Shown here: positions 20,445 to 30,877 of the stretch, piece after piece | How the letters are laid out: each line of letters opens with the position of its first letter | Position numbering within the stretch: position 1 is the stretch's first letter | DNA from: Synechocystis sp. PCC 6803 substr. PCC-P | GTDB taxonomy: Bacteria > Cyanobacteriota > Cyanobacteriia > Cyanobacteriales > Microcystaceae | Assembly (NCBI RefSeq): GCF_000284455.1 | Contig: NC_017039.1 | Coordinates: 1,770,001 to 1,802,000 of the forward strand | DNA: 32,000 bases | Direction of reading: 5' to 3' | Notes under the pieces: generated by a model | The model's database searches: none | What the model saw: the letters and a program-made list of their open reading frames with translations, nothing else | Told to the model about the DNA's origin: nothing | Made by a program: the position numbers and the translations under genes

Positions 20445-21686
20445 TCAGGTCGTGTAATCCGCATTGATCCGGACATAGTCATAGCTCAAATCACAGCCCC
20501 AAGCGGTTCCTTGCCCCGAACCAGTACCTAGATCCACCTGAATTAGTACTGTGTCCTGTTCTAGATAAGCGCCAGAAGCGGCCTGCTTGAGGTAGTTGCT
20601 CGCTCCAGGGCGATCAAATTCTAGGGGTTGGCCCTGGTCCATAAGTACGTAGTTGCCCAATTTAATCAGTAGATTATTTTGGTCAAATTTAACTCCAGCT
20701 CGCCCCGCTGCCCCGGCAATGCGTCCCCAGTTGGGATCCCGACCAAATACGGCGGATTTAACTAGGGAAGAACCGGCAATGGTTCTGGCCACGGCCCTGG
20801 CAGATTGATCATCCGGGGCCCCAGTGACTTGAATTTCCATCAAACAGGTAGCCCCTTCCCCATCCCTGGCGATCGCCTTGGCCAAATGTTGGCACACAGC
20901 AGTGAGCATGGCTTCCAGCTTCTCGGCGTTGGGGCCCATTTCCGTAATGGCGGCGGTGCGGGATTCCCCATTGGCTAGGGCAAAGAGACTATCATTGGTG
21001 CTGGTGTCCCCGTCCACAGTCACCTGGTTAAAGGTTTTTTGGGTGGCCCGACTGAGCATCTGCTGCCAGAGGGCGGTGGAAACCGCCGCATCACAGGTGA
21101 CAAAAGCTAGCATGGTGGCCATGTTGGGGTGAATCATGCCAGAGCCCTTGGCAATGCCCCCCATCCTCACCGGGCGACCATCAATTTCTGTTTCCAGGGC
21201 GATGGTTTTAGGCACCAAATCCGTGGTCATAATGGCCCTCGCCGCCTTATCGCCGCCATTGGGGGCAAGGGATTGAATTAATGGGGTAATGCCCTGGCGT
21301 AACTGCTCCATTTTGATGCGTTGGCCAATGACACCAGTGGAAGCGAGCAGAATACTTTCGGGGGAAATGTTTAGCCCCTGGGCCAGCAGTTGGGCCGACT
21401 CCACCGCATCGTCCCAGCCCTGTTTGCCCGTGCCGGCATTGGCTTGGCCAGAGTTCACCAAAATAGCCCTAGCGCTGGCCTTAGCCTGTAACCTTTGGCG
21501 ACAATAGTCCACACAGGCTGCCCGCACCTGACTGGTGGTAAAAACTCCCGCGGCGATCGCCTCAGTTTCGGAGTAAATCAGGCTTAAATCGGGGGAACCG
21601 GACGGTTTTAGTCCCGCCGTGATGCCTGCCGCCTTAAAACCTTTGGGGGCGGTGATGTTGCCCTCAATTACCTGCCAGTCAGCCAT
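20445..21686 (-). CDS. argJ: Bifunctional ornithine acetyltransferase / N-acetylglutamate synthase ArgJ
   Basis: GFKAAGITAGLKPSG...DLSLI...NSGQANAGTG...ESILLASTGVIGQ...TTDLVPK...VTVDGDTSTNDS; 413 aa from ATG 21686. Confidence 0.97.
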   Translation of the reverse strand: MADWQVIEGNITAPKGFKAAGITAGLKPSGSPDLSLIYSETEAIAAGVFTTSQVRAACVDYCRQRLQAKASARAILVNSGQANAGTGKQGWDDAVESAQLLAQGLNISPESILLASTGVIGQRIKMEQLRQGITPLIQSLAPNGGDKAARAIMTTDLVPKTIALETEIDGRPVRMGGIAKGSGMIHPNMATMLAFVTCDAAVSTALWQQMLSRATQKTFNQVTVDGDTSTNDSLFALANGESRTAAITEMGPNAEKLEAMLTAVCQHLAKAIARDGEGATCLMEIQVTGAPDDQSARAVARTIAGSSLVKSAVFGRDPNWGRIAGAAGRAGVKFDQNNLLIKLGNYVLMDQGQPLEFDRPGASNYLKQAASGAYLEQDTVLIQVDLGTGSGQGTAWGCDLSYDYVRINADYTT

Positions 21687-21811
21687 AGGAAAAGCCTGCC
21701 ACATTCTCAAACTCAGAGGCCAATCATAGCAGTTCTGCTCGGGGTTAATTATTGGTCCTTCAACCCCGGTCAGGAATTGCTGATTTTCGCCTTTGTCCCT
21801 TGGCGATGGGA

Positions 21812-22636
21812 TTAATAACCCAACAATTGACGAATTTCTGTCGCCCTTTCTGATTCTCCCTGGCGATCAAGCAAATTAATTGCCTGGATCATGTCTTCCA
21901 AGGATTCCTCCACTTCCCCCTGTTCCGACCGGATACCGGCCCGGAGAATAAACGCATCAGCATTGTAAGGATTGAGGCGAATGGTGCGATTTAAATCAGC
22001 CAAGGCCCGTTCGTAATTGTTCACCATGGCATAGGCTAGCCCGCGAAAATAATGGGCTTCCTCAGAACGGGGATCAAGCTCTATGGCTCGGTCAAAATCG
22101 GGAATGGCCTGGCGTGGTTGTTCTAACCCCAATTGGGCTTGACCACGACAGATTAAAAGATCTACATCCTGGGGATCAAGCAAGATTCCCTGGCTACAGT
22201 CATCGATCGCCCCTTGGTAATTATTGAGTACTCCGTGGACGTTAGCCCGATTGAAATAGATGGCTGGGTCCTTAGGGTTTAGGGCAATGGCCTGGTCAAA
22301 GTCCGCCAGGGCATCGGTGTACTGTTCGATCACCATATAGGCTACCCCCCGCAAATTATAGGCATCGGCATTCTGGTCATCGGTGTCGATTACCTGGGTA
22401 AAAATGGCGATCGCCTTGAGGGGAGAACCACTTTCCAGTTCATCGAACCCCTCTAGCAACTTTTGTTCTATGGCGGCGGCAGAATTTTGTTCCTGGGCAA
22501 TGAAAGGAGGGGTAAGGGCCGCCTGACTGGGTAAAACTCCCCCTAGGCCAGGGCCGAAAGTGCAGAAACCAACGGTGGCGATCGCCGTTAAGAAAGGAAA
22601 AATGGGACGGGGGAAACAAATCATGGCAGGCAACAC
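21812..22636 (-). CDS. Exported TPR-repeat protein
   Basis: Several TPRs, e.g. ADAYNLRGVAYMVIEQYTDALADFDQAIALNPKDPAIYFNRANVHGVLNNYQGAIDDCSQGILLDPQ; N-terminal signal-like segment. Confidence 0.9.
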   Translation of the reverse strand: MLPAMICFPRPIFPFLTAIATVGFCTFGPGLGGVLPSQAALTPPFIAQEQNSAAAIEQKLLEGFDELESGSPLKAIAIFTQVIDTDDQNADAYNLRGVAYMVIEQYTDALADFDQAIALNPKDPAIYFNRANVHGVLNNYQGAIDDCSQGILLDPQDVDLLICRGQAQLGLEQPRQAIPDFDRAIELDPRSEEAHYFRGLAYAMVNNYERALADLNRTIRLNPYNADAFILRAGIRSEQGEVEESLEDMIQAINLLDRQGESERATEIRQLLGY

Positions 22637-22879
22637 TGGGCGGGGAAGAAAAAATGCCTTCTTTATTTAATGATGGTTTAAAGAATGAAATTAATCCCGC
22701 TTTTTATTAACAACGTAAGGATTTTTAACAAATTTTCACAGTTATCGGCCGCAGTAAAAAAATAACCGACTCCCGGGGGACAAAATTGGCTTTTTGCCCA
22801 GTCGTGCTATGTTGTGTTGTTGTCTGAAAACTGAGCCATTGCGCACCGCCATCCATCACATAGTTAATAGTTTAATTGT

Positions 22880-24055
22880 ATGATTGCCCATCGCCGTCAG
22901 GAGTTAGCCCAGCAATATTACCAGGCTTTACACCAGGACGTATTGCCCTTTTGGGAAAAATATTCCCTCGATCGCCAGGGGGGCGGTTACTTTACCTGCT
23001 TAGACCGTAAAGGCCAGGTTTTTGACACAGATAAATTCATTTGGTTACAAAACCGTCAGGTATGGCAGTTTGCCGTTTTCTACAACCGTTTGGAACCAAA
23101 ACCCCAATGGTTAGAAATTGCCCGCCATGGTGCTGATTTTTTAGCTCGCCACGGCCGAGATCAAGACGGTAATTGGTATTTTGCTTTGGATCAGGAAGGC
23201 AAACCCCTGCGTCAACCCTATAACGTTTTTTCCGATTGCTTCGCCGCCATGGCCTTTAGTCAATATGCCTTAGCCAGTGGGGCGCAGGAAGCTAAAGCCA
23301 TTGCCCTGCAGGCCTACAATAACGTCCTACGCCGTCAGCACAATCCCAAAGGTCAATACGAGAAGTCCTATCCAGGTACTAGACCCCTCAAATCCCTGGC
23401 GGTGCCGATGATTTTAGCCAACCTCACCCTGGAGATGGAATGGTTATTACCGCCTACTACCGTGGAAGAGGTGTTGGCCCAAACCGTCAGAGAAGTGATG
23501 ACGGATTTCCTCGACCCAGAAATAGGATTAATGCGGGAAGCGGTGACCCCCACAGGAGAATTTGTTGATAGTTTTGAAGGGCGGTTGCTCAACCCAGGAC
23601 ACGGCATTGAAGCCATGTGGTTCATGATGGACATTGCCCAACGCTCCGGCGATCGCCAGTTACAGGAGCAAGCCATTGCAGTGGTGTTGAACACCCTGGA
23701 ATATGCCTGGGATGAAGAATTTGGTGGCATATTTTATTTCCTTGATCGCCAGGGCCACCCTCCCCAACAACTGGAATGGGACCAAAAGCTCTGGTGGGTA
23801 CATTTGGAAACCCTGGTTGCCCTAGCCAAGGGCCACCAAGCCACTGGCCAAGAAAAATGTTGGCAATGGTTTGAGCGGGTCCATGATTACGCCTGGAGTC
23901 ATTTCGCCGATCCTGAGTATGGGGAATGGTTTGGCTACCTGAATCGCCGGGGAGAGGTGTTACTCAACCTAAAAGGGGGGAAATGGAAAGGGTGCTTCCA
24001 CGTGCCCCGAGCTCTGTGGCTCTGTGCGGAAACTCTCCAACTTCCGGTTAGTTAA
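22880..24055 (+). CDS. AGE-family epimerase (N-acylglucosamine 2-epimerase)
   Basis: [86 protein letters not shown]; 391 aa, matches the cyanobacterial GlcNAc 2-epimerase I recall. Confidence 0.92.
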   Translation: MIAHRRQELAQQYYQALHQDVLPFWEKYSLDRQGGGYFTCLDRKGQVFDTDKFIWLQNRQVWQFAVFYNRLEPKPQWLEIARHGADFLARHGRDQDGNWYFALDQEGKPLRQPYNVFSDCFAAMAFSQYALASGAQEAKAIALQAYNNVLRRQHNPKGQYEKSYPGTRPLKSLAVPMILANLTLEMEWLLPPTTVEEVLAQTVREVMTDFLDPEIGLMREAVTPTGEFVDSFEGRLLNPGHGIEAMWFMMDIAQRSGDRQLQEQAIAVVLNTLEYAWDEEFGGIFYFLDRQGHPPQQLEWDQKLWWVHLETLVALAKGHQATGQEKCWQWFERVHDYAWSHFADPEYGEWFGYLNRRGEVLLNLKGGKWKGCFHVPRALWLCAETLQLPVS

Positions 24056-24148
24056 TCGTTCTTCCATAGCTAAGGGAACTACTCCTCCCTGATAGGGCAA
24101 GGAAAGCAAATCCCCGTTTATGAAGGTTAGATTTAGTCAGCAATGGAG

Positions 24149-24592
24149 TTAAACTTCACCGCTGACGTGGACAATTACTTCCCGTTGATGGGGCCGTTGC
24201 CGATGCTCCCAGAGAAAAACTCCTTGCCAGGTTCCCAAGCCTAAACGACCATTGACAATGGGAATGTGCTCACTGGTCTTGGTTAAGGCAGACCGGATAT
24301 GGGCAGGCATATCGTCCAAACCCTCTGTGCTATGGCGGTAACGACGACCATCCTCTGGCACCAATTGGGCAAAGAAAATGGCCAGATCCGTCAACACATC
24401 GGGGTCAGCATTTTCTTGGATAATTAACGAGGCGGAAGTATGGCGTACAAATACGGTGCAAAGTCCTGTTTTAACGCCGGAATGTTGCACCACTGCCTGA
24501 ATTTTGCTGTTGAAATTATGGAGACTTTTGCCCTGGGTGGCAATGACTAAAATCTCTTGATGTTGACGAAAAGTAGCGGCAGAGGAGATCAT
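24149..24592 (-). CDS. YjbQ / UPF0047 family protein
   Basis: GLCTVFVRHTSASLIIQENADPDV...HSTEGLDDMPAHIRSALTKTSEHIPIVNGRLGLGTWQGVFLWEHR is the family signature. Confidence 0.93.
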   Translation of the reverse strand: MISSAATFRQHQEILVIATQGKSLHNFNSKIQAVVQHSGVKTGLCTVFVRHTSASLIIQENADPDVLTDLAIFFAQLVPEDGRRYRHSTEGLDDMPAHIRSALTKTSEHIPIVNGRLGLGTWQGVFLWEHRQRPHQREVIVHVSGEV

Positions 24593-24805
24593 TTTATTAG
24601 CTGAAAATATAGAGTAAATTTGAGGTTAGATTTAGGTAAATTAGGATTATTCTAAGTAAATTGAGTAAGTAGCCACAAGCATAGCTAATTTAATCGCAGG
24701 CAAGAAAGTAGTTACAAAGCTTTGCTAGAAATTAATTTTTGTCTAATTGCTTCCGCCATCGTTAAGCTAAACTGCCGTATTGAATCAGAGCCAGGCCTAC
24801 GGAGA

Positions 24806-26494
24806 TCAGTTAGAACGCTTTTGTTGACTGCGGCTTTCCTGCCAGGTATTGCCAATACCCTGGATAATGCCTTTCCCCACCAGCCCGATCGCCCGGCCAA
24901 CCACTTGGGTTAGCAAAAATACCAGACCGTTGCCCACAAATTCAATCACCGATCTGACACGGGGAGAAAGAGCGTCGCGACATTCCAGGACGATGGTGAC
25001 AAACCAAGGTACTGCCCTTAGTTGGGTTAATTCCTGTTGCCGAGGAGCATAAACCTGGGTGGTCACAATCCCGGCGGGGGTGAGATACAACAGGGTATGT
25101 TGACTTTCAAAAATTTGTTTGGGATTAAGCCAGTAACGGCTAAATTGATAGTACCAAGCTAGATCATTACGGAACCGGGCTACTTGCCGAGAAGAAAGCA
25201 TGGAGTATTCATAAAGGGCAAGTTTAATGGCTTCATGGTCAGCAAAATAGTTCAAAATGAAAACCATGGTGCTGTTAGCCAATTGAATAACTAAATTCTG
25301 GGCGTATAGGTCACTATATTGTTGCGCTTCCGTGGAGCCTAAGGGGTATGCCTTTTGATTTACCACCAGGGGCTCGCCAAAAAGAAGATGGTGAAACAGG
25401 GGCACAACAAAGGGAATTTTAACCAATTTTTCCCGGCAAATAATGGGCTGGTAGACTTCCAATAAAGACTGGATTTGCTCAAGGCTAAACTCGCTTTTGG
25501 GCTGACAGTATTTACCAAAAAAGGTCAGGCTTAAAGACCGCCACATTTCCGCCACAATGGATAGGCAATTTTCTGGCAACTGGGCTGGGGTAATCCGTAG
25601 AGCTTTGAGTTCGTTAATGGTGGTTTCCAGTTGTTGTTGCCCCAAGGAAAGAAGTTCCTGACGTTTAAGGGGTTGGAGAATGTCCAACTCCAGGGGGATG
25701 GCGGTAAGGTTTTCCACCTGTAGGGGCATTTGTTGGAGAATTTGTCCCAGGGCAGTGAGGTTGCTGGGGGGACGCAGAGTAATGGTCCTAACTCCAGAAC
25801 GGCGGGGACTGGGGGGAGAAGGGGGCAAGACGGTGGTGGTGGCAGTCAGGATATTAGTCGCTTTATGCCAGGTTTTGAGGCGCTGGGGCAATAAATTCCG
25901 CACTAACCACTGGGCAAATTTCAGTTCTCTTTCTCTGCCCCGCCAAAATAGTCGGTCAAAGTCCGATAGGGATGGTACCTGTAAACTCTTCTGGACTTGT
26001 TGGAGGCTTTGTTCAATTTGTCCTAATCCGTCCCGGAACAGGGGCCAGATCAACTTTTCCCACAGGCTCAGGGGGGGCGCATTGACGGTTTGCAAACTAG
26101 GCCAGCAGGTTTGCCCAAAATGAACCTGTTTTAAGCCCGTTACCAAGTCGGCGATCGCCGTTCCTTTGGGAAAGTAGGCCGCAATGCCCTGGGTTTTGGC
26201 CGCCAGTAGTTGATCGTATTCCAAACTAGCGGTGAGCAAGCAAATTTTGACCTGGGGGTAAGCACTGCTCAATTGCCGTAGGAGGGGCCAGGCAGATTGG
26301 GAGCGGCGGGGAAACTGGGGGTCGATCAATAAAATACTGGGAGCTAGGGTTTCTAGCTGTTGCCGCAGATCGTCCAGGGTTTCTCCTTCCCCCAACACTT
26401 GCACACCGGTCTCCCTCCCCAGCACGGTGATCAATCCCAGGCGAAACACGGGATCCTCATCAACAATGACAATGGTTAAGGGAGATTCACTCAC
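24806..26494 (-). CDS. Response-regulator-type protein with DUF3685 (Ycf55-like) C-terminal region
   Basis: N-terminal receiver (TIVIVDEDPVFRLGL...SILLIDPQFP...AYFPKGTAIADLVTGLKQV). Long C-terminus with FDRLFWRGRERELKFAQWLVRNLLPQRLKTWHKA and hydrophobic end. Confidence 0.82.
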   Translation of the reverse strand: MSESPLTIVIVDEDPVFRLGLITVLGRETGVQVLGEGETLDDLRQQLETLAPSILLIDPQFPRRSQSAWPLLRQLSSAYPQVKICLLTASLEYDQLLAAKTQGIAAYFPKGTAIADLVTGLKQVHFGQTCWPSLQTVNAPPLSLWEKLIWPLFRDGLGQIEQSLQQVQKSLQVPSLSDFDRLFWRGRERELKFAQWLVRNLLPQRLKTWHKATNILTATTTVLPPSPPSPRRSGVRTITLRPPSNLTALGQILQQMPLQVENLTAIPLELDILQPLKRQELLSLGQQQLETTINELKALRITPAQLPENCLSIVAEMWRSLSLTFFGKYCQPKSEFSLEQIQSLLEVYQPIICREKLVKIPFVVPLFHHLLFGEPLVVNQKAYPLGSTEAQQYSDLYAQNLVIQLANSTMVFILNYFADHEAIKLALYEYSMLSSRQVARFRNDLAWYYQFSRYWLNPKQIFESQHTLLYLTPAGIVTTQVYAPRQQELTQLRAVPWFVTIVLECRDALSPRVRSVIEFVGNGLVFLLTQVVGRAIGLVGKGIIQGIGNTWQESRSQQKRSN

Positions 26495-26579
26495 GGCAAT
26501 GGTGGGGCCACAACACCGCCCATTCTAGAACGTTAACTGACTAACACATACCATTGAATTAAATTTGAATTAAATTGCC

Positions 26580-27686
26580 TCAGCCCTGGGCAAATAGGGG
26601 AGGACAGGGATTGGTGGGAGTTAAGTTGACCCGACTGCCCACCGGAATTACCGTTTGCAAAGAAGTACGGGCATGAATCTGTCGACCGGCCGGGGTTTCC
26701 AAGCAGTAGCGGTATTCCCGGCCCAAAAATTGGCGATCGCGGATGACCACTGGGCCATCACTGGCGGGGCTCAGTTCAATTTCCTCTTCCCTCAACATTA
26801 GTTCCCCCACTGAGGGCAATTCAGGCTGAATGCCTTGGAAAGTTAAAGGCCATTGGCCAAACTCCGTGGCCCAAAGTGTTCCCTGTCGCTGGGCCGGAAC
26901 AAAATTGGCCTGGGTAACAAATTCCGCCACAAAACGGGAAGCAGGCGATCGATAAATTTCCTCTGGGGTGCCGATTTGCTCCAAGTTCCCCCGATACATC
27001 ACCCCAATGCGATCGGAAATGGCCATGGCTTCTTCCTGATCGTGGGTGACAAAAATAGCGGCCGTACCGGTGGCTTTGAGGATATGGCGGATTTCATGGC
27101 GTAACCTTTGGCGCACTTGCACATCCAGATTACTGAGGGGTTCATCCAACAAAATTAGGTTAGGTTTAGGGGCCAAAGCCCGGGCCAGGGCAATGCGTTG
27201 TTGTTGACCACCGGATAGTTCGTGGGGATAGCGTTTTTCCAGTCCCGTTAATCCCACCAAATGGAGCACCTCTGCCACCCGCCCTTGGATTTGTTGACGG
27301 TTCAATTTTTGGGATTTATGGCGCAGGCCAAAGGCGATATTGTCGGTAATGGTGAGGTGAGGAAACAGGGCGTAATCCTGAAAGACCATGCCTGTTTGAC
27401 GCTGTTCTGGGGGAGTGAGTCCATTTTCCCCAGAAACACAATCCCCCTCCAAATGAACGGTGCCACTGGTGGGGGTTTCAAAGCCTGCAATGATTCTCAA
27501 CAAAGTTGTCTTGCCACAACCCGATGGTCCTAATAGTCCCAGAATTTCCCCTGGCGCTAGATTAAAGTTGATTTTCTGGAGTACTGGGGTGGATTGCCCC
27601 CGGAAGCTTTTGCCTAAGTCCTGTACCGTTAAAACAGAGTCTTCTATGGAAAGGCGGGCAACGGGAGAAAATTGGGCGACTGTCAT
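26580..27686 (-). CDS. futC: Iron(III)-type ABC transporter ATP-binding protein
   Basis: Walker A LLGPSGCGKTTLL, signature LSGGQQQRIALARAL, Walker B LILLDEPLSNLD, H-loop IFVTHDQEEAM, C-terminal TOBE-like region. The FutC name rests on recalled Synechocystis synteny. Confidence 0.85.
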   Translation of the reverse strand: MTVAQFSPVARLSIEDSVLTVQDLGKSFRGQSTPVLQKINFNLAPGEILGLLGPSGCGKTTLLRIIAGFETPTSGTVHLEGDCVSGENGLTPPEQRQTGMVFQDYALFPHLTITDNIAFGLRHKSQKLNRQQIQGRVAEVLHLVGLTGLEKRYPHELSGGQQQRIALARALAPKPNLILLDEPLSNLDVQVRQRLRHEIRHILKATGTAAIFVTHDQEEAMAISDRIGVMYRGNLEQIGTPEEIYRSPASRFVAEFVTQANFVPAQRQGTLWATEFGQWPLTFQGIQPELPSVGELMLREEEIELSPASDGPVVIRDRQFLGREYRYCLETPAGRQIHARTSLQTVIPVGSRVNLTPTNPCPPLFAQG

Positions 27687-27831
27687 AGGAACCAGGGGCA
27701 AAAAAGCAGCAACAATAGTGGGAGGACTGATCCCGTTTAAAACTCAGACCTGATTCAGATCTAAACTGTTTAAAGCAAGTATTTAAACGGTACTTTAAAT
27801 AAGAATTATTTGCAAGAGTTAAGGTTAACAT

Positions 27832-28566
27832 ATGATTTCAGCCGACCTCAATCCCCACTCTGTCCCTTGGTGGATTCTTGCTCCCCAGGGCACTGAAGCT
27901 CAGGCGATCGCCAAGGGGTTGGGAAAAACTGACCAGATATATTTGCAGGCGATGCCAGTGGGGGCCACAGCGGTGCAATCTTTTTTGGCAAATCTGGCCC
28001 AAACCTGGGCGAAAAGTGAAAAGCCCCAAGGTTTATTGGTGATGGGGGTGACTGGGAGTTTATCTGCTGATTACGGCATTGGCCAGGCCCTTTGGGTAGA
28101 GCAATGTCAATATTGGGAGAGTGGGAACCATGGTCAGCGACAAGAATACGTTGGCGATCGTCGTTTGATGGACCGGGTTAACCATTTACTGGGGCCAGAG
28201 TGGCAGATTCCCGCAGTGAGAGGCATTACCGTGTCGGAGGTGGTTTGTCGGGGGGAGGAAAAAGAACTGTTGGGAAAAAAATCCGGTGCCCAGGTGGTGG
28301 ATATGGAAAATACAGCGGTGTTGGCTTTTGGGGAAGCAAAACAAATTCCTGTGGCCATTTTGCGGGTGGTGAGCGACACCATGACCCAGGATTTACCGGA
28401 TCTCAACGGAGTTTTTACTGAGCAGGGGGCTTTGCAACCCTTACCCTTAGCTAAAGCTTTATTGCGCCGTCCCTTGGCCGCAGGTCATTTAATCCAAGGT
28501 TCCCTAAAGGCCTGTGCCCAGTTAACGGCGATCGCCCAGAGTTTGAGTGGGGCACTGGGGAAATAG
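27832..28566 (+). CDS. Nucleoside phosphorylase-superfamily protein
   Basis: LLVMGVTGSLSADYGIG...VVDMENTAVLAFGEAKQIPVAILRVVSDTM is typical of MTA/SAH nucleosidase-like and HpnG-like proteins. Confidence 0.75.
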   Translation: MISADLNPHSVPWWILAPQGTEAQAIAKGLGKTDQIYLQAMPVGATAVQSFLANLAQTWAKSEKPQGLLVMGVTGSLSADYGIGQALWVEQCQYWESGNHGQRQEYVGDRRLMDRVNHLLGPEWQIPAVRGITVSEVVCRGEEKELLGKKSGAQVVDMENTAVLAFGEAKQIPVAILRVVSDTMTQDLPDLNGVFTEQGALQPLPLAKALLRRPLAAGHLIQGSLKACAQLTAIAQSLSGALGK

Positions 28567-28635
28567 GGAAAATCCCCCGCTGATGGGATTGTGGCAAAAT
28601 GCTAGGGAAGCAATTGTTGTAGGGCGGGCCTTGCT

Positions 28636-29511
28636 ATGGACTTGATGCGGTCTTTACCCATCGGCTTGTATTTGGAAAATCCGGTGACTTGGTTGCACCG
28701 CCTTGATCCCAGGGTAAAACTAGCTTGGCTAATGAGTTTTTTGTTAGCCCCAGTGTTGGCCAACGCTATTTGGCGCCTTGGCATTGTCATTTTTCTAATT
28801 CTATTAACCTTTGCAGTCCGTATTCCCTGGCGGGTATGGAAGCAACAAATGGGCTTACTGGTATTTTTTTCTGGCCTAATTTTCCTGTTAACTACCTTTA
28901 GTCCCGACGGTTTCACTGTGTTAGAACAACCCCGATCGCCTACCAGTGAAATTGTGGTATCCCCGACCTCATACCAGTACGTTTTATTTGAATGGGGCAG
29001 ATTATTAGTTACTCGCCGCTCTTTGGAGTTGGGAATTCGCATTAGCACTTTGATTTTTACCCTGGTTTATAGCACCAATTTATATTTGCTCACCACTGCC
29101 CCGGAGGAAATTACCGCTGGACTAGAAGAATTAATGGCTCCCCTACGGCGCTTTAAATTACCCATTACAGAAATCACCTTAATTTTGACCCTTGCTTTAC
29201 GATTTATCCCCTTGGTGATGGAAGAAATTCAAAATCTATTCCGTTCCATTCGCACTAGGGCCATTAATTGGAAAAAACTGGGCATTAAACGGAGCGCTCA
29301 AATCTGGATTTTAGTGGTGGAAAGATTACTAGAAAACCTTTTATTGCGGGCAGAACAAATGGCGATCGCCATGGAAGTGCGGGGCTTCACCACTCCCAAC
29401 GAGCATCAAGTTCAGTGGCATCAATTGCGCATTGTTCGGGCGGATTGGTTGGTGCTGGGAACTTTGATTTTATTTTGGGGGGCTCGGATCCTGTGGGGAG
29501 GCATGGCCTGA
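28636..29511 (+). CDS. Energy-coupling factor transmembrane (EcfT/CbiQ-like) protein
   Basis: LDPRVKLAWLMSFLL...; GLEELMAPLRRFKLPITEITLILTLALRFIPLVMEEIQ; AMEVRGF. 291 aa with multiple TM segments. Confidence 0.88.
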   Translation: MDLMRSLPIGLYLENPVTWLHRLDPRVKLAWLMSFLLAPVLANAIWRLGIVIFLILLTFAVRIPWRVWKQQMGLLVFFSGLIFLLTTFSPDGFTVLEQPRSPTSEIVVSPTSYQYVLFEWGRLLVTRRSLELGIRISTLIFTLVYSTNLYLLTTAPEEITAGLEELMAPLRRFKLPITEITLILTLALRFIPLVMEEIQNLFRSIRTRAINWKKLGIKRSAQIWILVVERLLENLLLRAEQMAIAMEVRGFTTPNEHQVQWHQLRIVRADWLVLGTLILFWGARILWGGMA

Positions 29512-30872
29512 TGGAACTCCAACCCTGGCATTGGTGTTGTTTGCCCCTAGAAGGCCGCACGGGCAGTGAAATTTTTAGTCAATTATTTGGTCATCAAGGC
29601 ATCGCCACCCTACTAGAAAGTCCCTATCCTGCTTCACCGGATCATCCCCATTTAGGCCGTTATTCCCTCTGTGCCGGCCAACCGAGAAAGGGTAGGTTAT
29701 GGACTCCTAAGCCGGAAGAGATTTTTAGCTTTTTAAACCAACTTTGCCCATGTAATCATGATGTAAATTTGACAAAAAATATTCCTGAACATTTACCTTT
29801 CCATGGCGGTTGGTTAGGCTGGTTAGGTTACGACACTGCTTGGGCAATTGAAAAATTACCTTATTCAAAAGCTGATGATTTACCTTTTCCGGTGGCCTAT
29901 TGGTACGAGCCTGAAAATTTTGTAATTTTAGATCATCAAGAGCAATTATTATGGTTAGCTACTACCGACCAGGAGAAAATTAAGTTTTTTCAAACTCAGT
30001 TAGCAGATAAAATCAACTCAGTTTCATCGCCTCAAGTGCCTCCCTTAAATTTGACCTATACCACTGACCAAGATCAGTACGAAACCATGGTCAATCAAGC
30101 GAAACAATATATTAAAGCCGGAGATATTTTTCAAGCTAATTTAACACTACGTTTCATTGCTAAAACTGAGCAAAAGCTTAACAGTTGGCAGGTCTATCAA
30201 CATCTACAAACTATCAATCCTTCTCCTTTCGCTAGTTACTGGCGATCGCCGTGGGGAGATGTGGTTAGTTGTTCTCCGGAAAGATTAGTTAAGTTAGAAG
30301 GCAATGTGGCCCAAACTAGACCCATTGCTGGCACTAGGGCAAGGGGCAAAAATCTGGCGGAGGATGAACAATTATTGCAGGAGTTGCTGGTTAACACCAA
30401 AGAGTTGGCAGAACATATCATGTTGGTGGATTTAGAACGCAATGACCTCGGCCGGGTCTGTACCTGGGGAACGGTGGAAGTAGATGAATTATTGGCGATC
30501 GAGCGCTATAGCCATGTGTCCCATTTAGTTAGTAATGTAAAAGGCATTTTACAACCAGATAAAACCGGAGTAGATTTGGTCAAAGCTTTGTTTCCCGGTG
30601 GCACCATTACCGGCTGTCCCAAAATACGTTGTTTAGAAATTATTGAAGAATTAGAACCAGTGCGGCGGAGTTTGTTTTACGGTTCCTGTGGCTACTGGGA
30701 TCAACGGGGGAACTTAGATTTAAATATTCTCATTCGCACCCTGTTATTCACCTCTGGACAAGTGACAGGACAAGTGGGAGCCGGCATTGTGGCAGACAGT
30801 GATCCCGCCAAGGAATGGTTAGAATCATTGCAAAAAGCCAAAGCTTTATTGGCGGCATTGGAGGGACTATAA
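29511..30872 (+). CDS. Chorismate-utilising enzyme, anthranilate synthase component I / aminodeoxychorismate synthase family
   Basis: YIKAGDIFQANLTLRF, SPERLVKLEGNVAQTRPIAGTRARG, HIMLVDLERNDLGRVC, LFPGGTITGCPKIR, VGAGIVADSDP. ATG 29511 overlaps the preceding TGA by one base. Confidence 0.9.
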   Translation: MELQPWHWCCLPLEGRTGSEIFSQLFGHQGIATLLESPYPASPDHPHLGRYSLCAGQPRKGRLWTPKPEEIFSFLNQLCPCNHDVNLTKNIPEHLPFHGGWLGWLGYDTAWAIEKLPYSKADDLPFPVAYWYEPENFVILDHQEQLLWLATTDQEKIKFFQTQLADKINSVSSPQVPPLNLTYTTDQDQYETMVNQAKQYIKAGDIFQANLTLRFIAKTEQKLNSWQVYQHLQTINPSPFASYWRSPWGDVVSCSPERLVKLEGNVAQTRPIAGTRARGKNLAEDEQLLQELLVNTKELAEHIMLVDLERNDLGRVCTWGTVEVDELLAIERYSHVSHLVSNVKGILQPDKTGVDLVKALFPGGTITGCPKIRCLEIIEELEPVRRSLFYGSCGYWDQRGNLDLNILIRTLLFTSGQVTGQVGAGIVADSDPAKEWLESLQKAKALLAALEGL

Positions 30873-30877
30873 AAAAT

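Noticed and set aside
22637-22879. Possible small gene or ncRNA between the TPR gene and the epimerase
   Set aside because: AT-rich divergent region with no convincing ORF or stable hairpin; best treated as promoters.
24593-24805. 213-bp gap with overlapping short ORFs (24712-24900, 24722-24913)
   Set aside because: Both ORFs run into the DUF3685 gene and look like noise. A small RNA cannot be excluded without expression data.
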